DNA of 60,049 nucleotides, filler included. It is 10 parts of 10 records of this genome, joined end to end, with 100 filler letters (N's around TTAATTAATTAA, not from the genome) between each part and the next. Parts side by side here need not be neighbours in the genome. Positions count along the whole stretch, not along the records: positions 37,618 to 43,615 come from SRR31147125_287231; positions 43,716 to 49,189 come from SRR31147125_287721; positions 49,290 to 54,473 come from SRR31147125_287945; 7 more parts are not named here. One strand, written 5' to 3'. Both the position numbers and the translations under genes were made by a program. Below the pieces are notes generated by a model. It made no database searches, had not been told where the DNA came from, and saw only the letters and a program-made list of their open reading frames with translations. Shown here in pieces: positions 42,101 through 52,696 of this stretch; position 1 is the first letter of the stretch; each line of letters begins with the position of its first letter.

Positions 42101-43148
42101 GAGCGTACATTAAAGGGTTGGATGCACACCACACGACAGAAGATACGCACAGTGCGTCCTGATCGTTACCAATTCCCACCCACAACAGAACGACTCTCCC
42201 CGGGGCTTGTTGGATGAAGAGAGATCCCATACGTTCGTTGTTCTCACACACATGGACTTCACACAATCGTTCCGGAGGATCAAGAGAGAATATATCGACG
42301 TTGCCGTTGCTGGACCCCGCAGCCCATTGGGCTTGACCACAGCTCAGGCATGTCACCTCGTATCCAAACTCGTTATGAACAACCCAACAACGTGCATCCA
42401 CAAGCCACACCTCCCATGCTTCATGTGGAAACCATTGCATGGGGTTCACTTCGGCCGACGTGACGTCCAGTCTCTGTTTTCTCTTGTTCACGTCGATCCA
42501 AAGAAGAATCCACCCGGACACACGCCCTTACCTCCCCTACAACACTATATGTCATCTCCAACGTGAAAATCGTTCCCTCACGCGTCCCGAGAACGAGTGT
42601 ACGAGATATCAAGCCGTGTTCATCCGTCCTCTGAACATACACACATGTCTCGTCACGTCCCCCATACCATACCACACCACACCACATTCTCCACACCTTT
42701 ACGCGCAGAGAGGGTGGGCTAGCCTCCACAAGAGACGTCACTTCAGCGTTGACGTCCACTCCACACACCGTCTCCCCCGATGCGGCCACATCGAGCACCC
42801 GGATACGACTTGTCGACCTTCTTACGATTCCCAAGACCAACATCTGCCGGTCCTGAACGCACAGATCACACGCACACGCGATGCGTGCCTACACGACAGA
42901 ACCGTCAAGAGTCTGTCAGTCGAGACCACTCTTTCCCTCTCCTCCAACCTCTGTGTCAAGATCTTCTTCTCCCTCATTGGGTGTTCCATAGGCTAGAACA
43001 ACCCTTGTCTCACGATCGTGTACCAGCCATCGACGACTCGTTGCTTGCCACGCCCACGCCCCTCCGCGAAGCACTCCCCCTTCAGTTCATCGCGGAGATC
43101 CTCGTCTTCATTCTCCACAACACTGCAGACGGGGACGAAGCAGGTCAT
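39109..43148 (-). CDS. ELYS/AHCTF1-like nucleoporin (beta-propeller plus ELYS helical domain), many introns
   Basis: N-terminal beta-strand repeats; ELYS-like segment FLWGIFWLD...ACEYL...WPCEIVEVLL...ALALYR...LLAGGLLQEAF; TGA at 39109-39111. Start uncertain. Confidence 0.65.
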
Positions 43149-43571
43149 CACCCGACAACCAGAGGAAGGGGTTTGATGGAAGTTGTGGCCCCACACGTCT
43201 TCACTCCTTCTCCCTTCCTCCGGCTCGTGTGGTTGCGTGGAGGGATGGAGGAGGGATGGCCGGAGTGGGTGACGTATACAGCCGTCAGTGTTGGCTGCAC
43301 AGCAGTGTGTTTGGGGGTGGTGTTCTTCGATACCGAAGGGGCCGAAGAAGGGAACGTGGGAGACCGTGTGTTGGAGTCTCGTCTCAGTACTCTGGTGGGT
43401 AGAGGAAGCACAAAGCTACCCTTGGAAGGGGGATCTTTCCCTCACCATGCGACAGATACTCGTCAACCAAGCGTACAACCTCCTCTTCTTGTTTGGGAAA
43501 TTTGTAGTACGGACATTCTTTGGGCCCCTTCGCGTGATTGAGATTCAGGTGCGGAGATGACTGCAACGGCA

Positions 43572-43615
43572 CCAGGAGCCACAGGAGCCACAGAAGCCAC
43601 AGAAGCCACAGAAGC
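43572..43615. repeat. 9-bp tandem repeat (GCCACAGRA) at contig end, probably intronic
   Basis: Read directly; followed on the minus strand by a TTGCAG acceptor. Confidence 0.75.
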
Positions 43616-44048
43616 NNNNNNNNNNNNNNNNNNNNNNNNNNNNNNNNNNNNNNNNNNNNTTAATTAATTAANNNNNNNNNNNNNNNNNNNNNNNNNNNNN
43701 NNNNNNNNNNNNNNNGGACATTAATATCTTAACCAAAAGTGTCCTTTCAGCCTCAATAAAGCAGGCGTGTCAAAATAAAAATAAGTCTGATAAAAAGCAT
43801 GGTTGGCCTGAACCTGGTGTTGGTCCATGCATTCAAGAAAGATTAATCTAAAATAAAAGCAGCCGGATAGGAAGCGATTTTTTTTAAGAAACGATGTTCT
43901 CGCGGTCACCCATAAGCGCGACAATGCGATTCTTTTTCCCATGTCACAGGTCCCAAAGAGGGTTCAAAATAAACATGTAAAAAGAATTTACCCCAGCGTT
44001 GCAAAAGTAAAAAACAAATCAGGGGCTTTTATACTGCTGCAAGGGGCA

Positions 44049-45140
44049 CTATACCCCATCCCCGAAACTGATGCCCAGGGCCCGGGCGGTCATGATCAAT
44101 TCGCCCTTGGCCTCCACGGTACGGATCTTATTGACGGCGTCTTTTAAGGAAACCGCCCCCATCATGCCGTTGGCCTGGAGGGCCACCATTTTTCCGAATT
44201 GTTTTTTGGCCACCATGCGCACGGCCCTTACGCCGAACCGGGTGCAGAGTTGACGGTCCCAGGCCGTGGGCTGGCCCCCCCGCTGGAGATGGCCCAGGAC
44301 CACACACCGGGCCTCTTTACCGGTGAGAGACTGGATCTGGGCTGCCAAATGATGGCCCACGCCACCCAGGCGGATCTCCCGGTCTTCTGCCCCCATGTCC
44401 TGGGAAATCTGTCTGTCATCAAGGCTGACCCCTTCGGCCACCACAACAATGGTAAAATGCTTGCCCTGGACTTCTCTTTCCAGGATTTTCTTTTCAACGG
44501 CGGCCAGGGTAAAGGGGATCTCGGGGATGAGGATGACATCGGCCCCGCCGGCCAGGCCGGCATAGGCTGCAATCCAGCCGGCATGCCGGCCCATGACCTC
44601 CAGCACCATGACCCGGTTATGGCTCTGGGCCGTGCTGTGGAGGCGATCCAGGGCATCTACGGCGCAGGCCACGGCGGTTTCAAAGCCAAAGGTCATCTGG
44701 GTGGCGTCCAGGTCGTTATCTATGGTTTTGGGCACCCCGACTACGGGAAATCCCATGTCAAACATCTGCTGAGCCGTGGTGAGGCTGCCGTCCCCGCCGA
44801 TGATGACAAGGCCGGTGAGTCCCAGGGCTTGGACGTTTTTTTTTGCTTCGTCCAGGGTGGGTTGAGGGACCTGGCGGTTTTCCCCCTTTCCCGATTTTGC
44901 GGCAAATCGGCCGCTGTTGGCCGTACCCAGGATGGTGCCGCCCCGGATAAGCATCCCGTCCATGTCCTTGAGGGTAAGGGGCTCTGTCTGGACCGGGGTG
45001 AGAAGGCCGTCCAGTCCCCCTTTGATTCCGATACTGGCATAGCCGTCCATGGCCCCGGCCTTGACAATGGCCCGGATGACGGCGTTCAGGCCGGGGCAAT
45101 CCCCGCCGCCTGTGACGATTCCTATTTTTTTATCTGCCAT
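44049..45140 (-). CDS. pfkA: 6-phosphofructokinase, group III type
   Basis: TGGGDCPGLN, GGTILG, GGDGS, PKTIDND, EVMGRHAGW, LGHLQRGG; GGAGG RBS before 45140. Confidence 0.95.
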   Translation of the reverse strand: MADKKIGIVTGGGDCPGLNAVIRAIVKAGAMDGYASIGIKGGLDGLLTPVQTEPLTLKDMDGMLIRGGTILGTANSGRFAAKSGKGENRQVPQPTLDEAKKNVQALGLTGLVIIGGDGSLTTAQQMFDMGFPVVGVPKTIDNDLDATQMTFGFETAVACAVDALDRLHSTAQSHNRVMVLEVMGRHAGWIAAYAGLAGGADVILIPEIPFTLAAVEKKILEREVQGKHFTIVVVAEGVSLDDRQISQDMGAEDREIRLGGVGHHLAAQIQSLTGKEARCVVLGHLQRGGQPTAWDRQLCTRFGVRAVRMVAKKQFGKMVALQANGMMGAVSLKDAVNKIRTVEAKGELIMTARALGISFGDGV

Positions 45141-46284
45141 TTTTTGTCCTCCCTGCGATAAATGCCCGGACCGCCTGCTCCGATGTCCGGGCCAGAAGTT
45201 CACGGGCCTCGGCCATGGCCTGGTCCAGGGCCATGGGGCCGGGACAGATGGAAAACACTGCCTTAAGCCCCATATCCCCTAATTGGTTCCCCCCATCCCC
45301 GATACTGCCGCAGACTGCCATACAGGGGATGTCCATGGCTTGGGCTGCCAGGGCCACTCCGGCCGGTGCCTTGTTAAACCGGGTCTGGCCGTCAATGCAA
45401 CCTTCCCCTGTGAGCACCAGATCGGCCCCTGTGATCCGTTCCTTAAAATTAATAAGATCCAGGACCAGGTCAATGCCGGGTTTGAGTTCTGCGTTGAAAA
45501 AGGCCCTCATTCCGCCGCCAAGGCCCCCTGCTGCTCCGGCCCCTTCAAGGGTCTCTATATCTTTGCCCATGTCTTTTTTAATGACCCGGGCCAGATTGGA
45601 AAGCCCTTGGTCCAGCATTCGGACCTGTTCCGGGTCAGCCCCTTTCTGGGGGCCGAAGATATGGGCAGCGCCTGTGGGGCCGGTCAGGGGATTGGTCACA
45701 TCGCAGGCCACTGAGATCCGGGTGGCGGCGAGCCTTTTCTCAACCCCTGAGGTGTCAATTGAGGCGATTTTGGGCAATGACTCTCCTATTGGGGGCAGCT
45801 CCGTTTTATTTTTGTCCAGAAACCGATAGCCCAGGGCATGGGCCGCCCCTATGCCCCCGTCGTTGGTGGCGGAGCCGCCGATACCCATGAGAATTTGGGT
45901 GGCGCCTTTGTCCATGGCTGCCTTTACCAGTTCCCCTGTACCCATGGTCGTGGTTTTACAAGGATTGTGCAGGTCGGTTGGCAGCAGGGCCAGGCCCGAT
46001 GCCAGGGCCATTTCAATGACAGCAAGATCCTGGTGGGCAAGGATCAGGAACCCCGCGTCAACGGACCGCATCCGGGGATCATTGACCCGGGCTGTTTCAA
46101 TCTGACCATTGGCCGCTGTTTTCATGGCTGAGATCAGGCCGTCCCCCCCGTCTGATACGGGAATCCGGCAGACCCGGGCATCCGGAGCCGCCCTGAGGAT
46201 GCCCGCTGTCATTGCCCGGGCGGCCTGACCGGGTGTCAGGCTGCCTTTAAAGGCGTTGGGGGCTGCGGCAATGGTCAGGGGCAT
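45130..46284 (-). CDS. glxK: Glycerate kinase (GlxK/GarK family)
   Basis: APNAFKGSL, PVSDGGDG, GIGGSATNDGG, ACDVTNPL, FGPQKGA, TGEG.IDGQT. Confidence 0.93.
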   Translation of the reverse strand: MPLTIAAAPNAFKGSLTPGQAARAMTAGILRAAPDARVCRIPVSDGGDGLISAMKTAANGQIETARVNDPRMRSVDAGFLILAHQDLAVIEMALASGLALLPTDLHNPCKTTTMGTGELVKAAMDKGATQILMGIGGSATNDGGIGAAHALGYRFLDKNKTELPPIGESLPKIASIDTSGVEKRLAATRISVACDVTNPLTGPTGAAHIFGPQKGADPEQVRMLDQGLSNLARVIKKDMGKDIETLEGAGAAGGLGGGMRAFFNAELKPGIDLVLDLINFKERITGADLVLTGEGCIDGQTRFNKAPAGVALAAQAMDIPCMAVCGSIGDGGNQLGDMGLKAVFSICPGPMALDQAMAEARELLARTSEQAVRAFIAGRTKNGR

Positions 46285-46286
46285 TC

Positions 46287-47113
46287 TTACTCACTCCAGG
46301 TGATGTCCGGGGCATGTCTTGTGGGCATGCGGTGGTAGGAGAACTTGGGATATCCGGCCATCATGACCCCGTAGGTCTTAAGCCCCTTGTCCTGTCCCAG
46401 CTTTTCGGCCAGGGGGGCGTGGGCGTGGGCTGCCATGAGAAAATAGCCGCACCAGCAAGTGCCGAAGCCTAAAGACTGGGCTGCCAAGTCAAAATAGGTC
46501 ATGGCAATGGTACAGGCCGGCGGTGCGGTGCGGTCCCTTTCTCCGCCCTGGGCAAGGACCAGGGTGGGGGCGCTGCGGGTCACGGTGTCTATGCCGAATT
46601 TCCATGCCCCGATGAGCATGTCCAGGTGCAGCATCTTGGCCAGTGCGGGGTTTTGTTTTTTGGTCTCTTTCATCCAGTCGATGACCATGGCCGTATAGGC
46701 CTTAACCGTTTCCCGGCCGGAGATGACCTGCCAGCGCACCGGCTGGAGGTTATGGCCGCTGGGGGCATAAGAGGCCAGGCGGATGGCCTCGGACAGGGCC
46801 TGTTTTTCCACCGGGGTCTCTTTAAAGCATCGAATGGAGCGCCGGGCCCTTAAAAACTGTTCGGTTTGGGCCGGATTCAGGGCCATGGCCGGGTCAAGGG
46901 GGAGGCAGTCTTCAGGGGTCATGTCGGCATGGGTCAAGGCCCCGTGGGGGCAGACTGCCACGCAATGGCCGCAATGAATGCACAGGTCGTTTGCCCGGGC
47001 AGACGGGGAGGGGTATTCCCCTTTTTCCAGGTAATTATACCCATGGGGCATTCGGCGGCACAGATCCCATCCTGCTTGCAACGGGTTTCATCAATTGAGA
47101 AGAGGGTCATCAT
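46287..47113 (-). CDS. Nitroreductase with N-terminal 2x[4Fe-4S] ferredoxin domain (frameshift near 47030)
   Basis: CKQDGICAAECP and CIHCGHCVAVCP lie in different frames; RRSIR, APSGHNLQP, GTCWCG. Confidence 0.88.
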
Positions 47114-47298
47114 CGCTTCCTTTTTTTATCTTCCGGTTGAATGAGAAAAAGAATCCGCCGCAAAAGGCCGGGGTAAACCGGGCTGTCCTGCGCCGGATGC
47201 GCTGATATTCTGACGGCTTGGGCGCGGTGTCCCACTCCATGGCTGCTATAGCATATTTTGTGGATGAAACAAACGATAATTCTGTGCTATGACAGGGG

Positions 47299-48252
47299 AT
47301 GCATATCTTCTTGTCGGCGTTAAAACCGATTAAATATTTGTGGTGCAGCACTGCCTTGTGGGGGATGTTTCTCTTACTGGGATGGCTTGTGCTTTTGGTT
47401 TCCCCCTCCCGGGTTCTGTCAGCGGAACAGGGAATAAAAGGGTGGTTGGAAAAGGCCTTTCCCGCAGCAGAGGCCCAGGTGGCAGCCACCCATGGTTTGG
47501 CCCCGTACGGTCAGGGGGATGCGGTCCTGCCGCCTGGGGGCAAAAAAGTCATCCTCATTCACGGCTTGGATGAACCGGGCCGGGTTTGGCTGAACCTGGC
47601 CCCGGCCCTGGCTGAAAAAGGATTTTCAGTCTGGCGGTTCACCTATCCCAATGACCAGGACATCCGGGCCTCCTCCCGGTTTTTGATTCAATGTCTTGGA
47701 GCGGCCGGCTGGCCGGTTTCTGAACCCGTGGCCCTGGTCTGCCACAGCATGGGCGGCCTTGTGGCAAGGCAGATGCTGACAGATCCGCTTATCGGATATG
47801 CCGGGGGAGCGGCCCGGGGCAGGGTGCCAAAGATTTCCCACCTGATCATGATCGGCACCCCCAACCATGGGGCGTCTTTGGCCAGATTTCGGTTTGTGAT
47901 GGAGGTCCGGGAGCAGATTCTCAACCGGGTCCATGGCTGGGGGCACTGGCTCCAGGGGGTGTATGACGGTGACGGTGCTGCTGCCGGACAATTATTGCCG
48001 GGCAGCAGGTTTTTAAATGGCCTTAATGCCCGGCCCCATCCTGACGGGGTGTCCATGGCGGTGATTGCAGGCATCCTTTCCCCCTGGCTTCCTCCCGGAG
48101 ACGGCCTGGTTTCCCTATCCTCAGCCCGACTTGACCCCCTTGCCTTTTATACGGTGCCGGGCAACCACCTGAGCATGGTAAGGAATATGACCAGGGCCAG
48201 CAAACGAATGCCGCCTGCCATACCCCTGGTCATCCGCCTGCTTGCCCCGTAA
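47299..48252 (+). CDS. Alpha/beta hydrolase (lipase/PGAP1-like), probably exported
   Basis: LIHGL, CHSMGG nucleophile elbow, GTPNHG, GDGLV, NH. Confidence 0.85.
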   Translation: MHIFLSALKPIKYLWCSTALWGMFLLLGWLVLLVSPSRVLSAEQGIKGWLEKAFPAAEAQVAATHGLAPYGQGDAVLPPGGKKVILIHGLDEPGRVWLNLAPALAEKGFSVWRFTYPNDQDIRASSRFLIQCLGAAGWPVSEPVALVCHSMGGLVARQMLTDPLIGYAGGAARGRVPKISHLIMIGTPNHGASLARFRFVMEVREQILNRVHGWGHWLQGVYDGDGAAAGQLLPGSRFLNGLNARPHPDGVSMAVIAGILSPWLPPGDGLVSLSSARLDPLAFYTVPGNHLSMVRNMTRASKRMPPAIPLVIRLLAP

Positions 48253-48445
48253 AGAAAATTATCCCCCGGCCTTGGGATAATTGTGCCTTGGCCGCATAAT
48301 CATCTTGTCAAAAAGCAGGGAATTTGGTAAGAGTACGTGTTTATATACTAAATTTTTTAAGCAAAAATTTGGCTGGCCCAATCCCCACCGGAATACGGCT
48401 GGCCTTAATAGTATTCATAAACATTTTTTCCTTTCTGGAGGCTAT

Positions 48446-49189
48446 ATGTCCAACGTACTACCCGAACAGGGGCTTTCTTTTGATGATGTCCTTTTGGTCC
48501 CTGACTACTCCGGCATTCTGCCGGATGAGGTCCAGACCCGTACCCGGCTCACCAAGGAGCTGGAATTAAATATCCCCATCGTTTCTGCGGCCATGGACAC
48601 GGTCACTGAGGCGGATGCGGCCATCAGCATGGCAAGGGCCGGAGGGCTGGGGTTTATCCACCGAAACCTCTCCATTGAAGAACAGGCCATTGAAGTGGAC
48701 CGGGTGAAAAAAAGTGAGAGTGGTATGATCGTGGACCCTGTCACCGTTCATCCCGATGCTTCCATCCGGGATGTCCTGGCCATTATGGCCAAGTACCGGA
48801 TATCCGGCATCCCCGTGGTTGAAGGGGACAAGTTGGCTGGTATTGTGACCAACCGGGATCTGAGGTTTGAGACCGAGCTGGACAAGGCGGCCAGGGAGGT
48901 GATGACCAGCCAGAACCTGGTCACTGTGCCGGAAAAATGTACCCTGGAAGAGTCCAAAATCATGCTCCACAAGCACCGCATTGAAAAATTGCTGGTGGTG
49001 GATCCTCTTGGAAAGCTCAAGGGCCTGATCACCATCAAGGATATTGAAAAGATAAAAAAATACCCCAACGCCTGCAAAGATTCTTTGGGGCGGTTGCGTG
49101 CCGGTGCGGCCATTGGTGTGGGCTCTGATATGATGGAACGGGTGGAAGCCCTGCTCACCGCCGGGGCCGATGCCCTGGTCATTGACACC
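48446..49189 (+). CDS. guaB: IMP dehydrogenase, partial
   Basis: [26 protein letters not shown] pair, GAAIG; GGAGG RBS. Confidence 0.97.
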
Positions 49190-49289
49190 NNNNNNNNNNN
49201 NNNNNNNNNNNNNNNNNNNNNNNNNNNNNNNNNTTAATTAATTAANNNNNNNNNNNNNNNNNNNNNNNNNNNNNNNNNNNNNNNNNNNN

Positions 49290-49709
49290 GTGAACTCACC
49301 CATGTGAAGGCCTCCGTTTGCGTAAGGTGGTCCATCGTGAAGAAACCAGGTGTCTCCTGTGTTCTTGGCGCGCTACGTATTCTCTGAGTGTGAGAACAGT
49401 ACCCTACGCCTGTCCCACGCCCACCTGCCACTGATACGCCTCATCTGTGACATGAGAAAGCCATAAAGGCTCTCGTTCATTGGCTTGAGCACGCATGGGG
49501 AAGTTTGTATGAGGAAGACGCAGGGTTGGAGCATAGTCGTGGGTGTGCAAGGGTCGCACGCGTTCTCTTCTTCCCAAAGACATGCTCTTGTACATACCCA
49601 ACACCTCCAACGTGGTGCGACATCTACCCACCAGCACTCCACGGCTCCTCCACATAATATCAGCCGAGGAAATGGTCGCATTCTTTCTATATCTTCTTGT
49701 ATCTCCCAT
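49290..49709 (-). CDS. IARS2: Organellar (bacterial-type) isoleucyl-tRNA synthetase, 5' part, intron-containing
   Basis: Arg-rich N-terminal extension, then DYAPTLRLPHTNFPMRA...EREP, a GT-AG intron, then WFLHDGPPYANGGLHMG|intron (HIGH motif). Start at 49709 or 49655. Confidence 0.88.
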
Positions 49710-49776
49710 TTCTATTTTTTGAATTCAAAAAGAACCGTTGAAACTGTCATTTCTTTGTCGTGTGGTGTTGTTGCCG

Positions 49777-52505
49777 ATGGCTTCTGCATCTTCAGAGACC
49801 AATGATCAAGGTGAACACATCCTCTTGGCCTCAATTGTGAACGTTGGTCTCGGAGGTGTCTTTCTCTTGTTGTTCTTCTTTCTTCGAACCCGCGACGCCC
49901 CTTTCTTCTCTCCTCGACGAAAACGTACACTCCCTGGATGGTCGAAGGAGGTGTTTGAAAGATTGGACGATGCGGAAACAGCACAGGAACATGGTCTCGA
50001 CGCACTCCTCTACCTCAAGTTTCAGTGCATGTGTGTCGGGTTTGATGGTGAAGGACGTGTGTGCTGAATCCCTCTAGGGTGTTGTTATATTTGTGTGGCT
50101 GTACGGTCGCCATTCTTCCTGTTGCGTTGACACTCAATATTCACGGCGGAAACCACAAAGTGCGTAATCCACGAGTGGTGTGCAGGATTCAGTTCCTTAT
50201 TATGGGACGCTCCGATCCGCGCACACTATTCAGGATGGCTTTGTATCCACCACAGTGGGAAATGTCCCACAACGCGCCCCGATTCTTTACGTGCACGTAG
50301 GACTCCTTCTTGCCTTCTGGTTTGCCACGTTTCTCTTGTTGCACCGGTTTGTGAAAGGAGATTCTTTTCTTCAAATCGTTTTCTTATGTGTCCTTTGCAG
50401 GATCATCTCCGCCTACGTGAAAGCATTCAACGAGCATGCAACGTATGCAACACCTGCTGACTACACAATAATGGTGAGGGGCCTACACCCGGCGGTGACC
50501 GATGCCATGCTACGCTCCCACTTCGAGGAGATCTGTGGTGAAGGTTCTGTATTACATGCACGACATGTGCGTGACTATCGAACAATGGTTCGCCTTATCA
50601 AGGAACAAGAGAATACCATGAATCAATTGGAGCACTGCATTCACGAGAAAGTGGCTCGTGCAGGAGTCCAACCCGTTCGCCGGCGTCTGTACACACGTGA
50701 TCAAGGATGGTTTCCCAAGGTCGATATGATTGCATTCCTGACGCAACGCGCAACGGAACTCCAACAGAAAATTGATGACGATGACCTCCTTAACACCCTG
50801 CATCATCCACGCTCGGGTGTGGCCTTCGTGGTATTTACCACGATGAATGTGGCAGATACATGTCTTCGTAAGCACAAGATGGGACGGGGACAGCTGTGGA
50901 TTTCGTCTGAACTGCAATCGTGTGCCTATCGGATCAAGCGTGCTCCGCCTCCCGAGGAAGTGCTTTGGGCCAACATTCACATTCGTCGAGGACATTGGGT
51001 GCGTCGAAGACTCGGGGAGTGCGCGGTGTTCATGTGTCTTTCGTGGCATAGCTCGCTCGGTGGACAAGTGTCAACGCATGTGTCCTCCTCATCAATGTTT
51101 TATGGCAAATTCCTATTGTTCTCCTTGCGGATTATCACAATGTAGTCAAGATTCCGGGGATAGGGGATGCCATTAAGGTGTGGCCGTAATCGAACACATG
51201 GTTTCAAGGGAGAACTCACAGTGCATTCATCGGTAAGGCAATTGTGGAGGCTCACCCTAGTTGTCAACCCCTTCTTGTGTCTTGGATTCCGGCTTCTGCT
51301 ATGGCTCTCTTCAGAGGATTCCTTCCCTACATTCTCATGTGTATGTCTCGCTTTCAGACTCCCATGGAAGACTCACCACTCCCATGCATAATCAGTCTTT
51401 GCAAAACGCCAGGGATTCAAATCTGTGGAATCACAAGATCGAAGCATCACGAAGGTAGGTGGATGGGGTGCGGCGTGGGTTCCGTCTTTTAATCGCTCGG
51501 TTGGAGGATAGAAGTACTTTGTATTCCTGATTATCAATGCCCTGGTTCTTCCTATCTTTTTCTTCTCGGCGCTAGATTTCTTCCAGAAGATCGCAAACAA
51601 TGAACATATTGACTGGGTTGATACGCTGGGGAAGGTGGGTGTGTTCATGAGAGGGAAAAGGGAAATCCAACCGCGGGTGGAAGGTGTTCATTTCCTCTCG
51701 AGCATCTCTGTTCATCAACTATCTCACCTTCCTGGCCATTCTTGTGAATGTGTTCTATCTTCTGAGGGTTCCCGAGTTCGTGATTCACTGGTTGGCATTG
51801 CGGCGAGCCCTCACTCGAAAGTTCGTCTTGGTGTAGCGCGGCGGGATTCGTGTGTGCATAACAATTCCCACAGGGAGATTGAAGAGGCAAACCGAGTTGT
51901 TCCTTTTGAATTTCACATTGAATACTCGAGCATGCTTGTCTGTTTGGCGATCATCCTTCTCTTTTCTACCATGGTTCCCCTCATCTTGCCTGCTGGCATT
52001 CTTCTTTTCAGTCTCAAGTATCTTGTGCGTTTGGAACTCATATACGCGTACGAGTTCTGTTGACAGATGCATCCATATCCACAGGCGGACAAGTATAATT
52101 TGACACAAGTACACCCACCCATTGATACCTTTGGAAAACTCCTCCCCACGGTTTTGCATGTGTGTGATGGATTCCATGAATGCCGAAACGACTCACAGTG
52201 TGTCTTACCAGCTCTTTCTTGTATGTGTCCTTATCTCTCAAGTGGGAATTGTGGCCTTCCTCTCAGCCTACGGACCAACAGGAGTTGCCGCTCTCCTGGT
52301 ATGCCGTGGGGGTGAGATGATCTTCAGGATGATATCGTGATCGTGTCCCATCCAGCTCTTCTTCGCACTTCCCATTACCCTCATCTTCCATGTACATGTC
52401 TACCGGAAGGTCCGATTCGTTCCATGTAGAACAGGCGCCCTCGACAGGGAAACGCTGGGGAAGGCGTATGAGCATCCCGTTCTTCGTACGGAACCTCGTG
52501 TTTGA
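49777..52505 (+). CDS. OSCA/TMEM63 (CSC1-like) channel, about 12 introns
   Basis: GLDALLYLKF, YTIMVRGL, SGVAFVVF, APPPEEVLWANI, KYFVFL, PLILPAG, KY..DKYN, AYEHPVL; fully spliceable with GT-AG introns. Confidence 0.92.
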
Positions 52506-52696
52506 TTAGGTTCTCTCGACATACGCGGCGGCGGCGGCAAGGCACCACCACCACCACTCCAAAAAATGTGCGGGCACCACATGATGCGTGGCAGACCACC
52601 CGCAAGACGTCAATCATCCCAACGTATGGGGCGCAAGGAGAACGGCTTTCCTTCTCCCAGCGCGAGACAGAAATTGTGGTCCACGTGTGTGTGTAT

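Noticed and set aside
48253..48445. Purine riboswitch upstream of guaB
   Set aside because: Only a short hairpin and AT-rich promoter-like DNA; no recognisable aptamer core.
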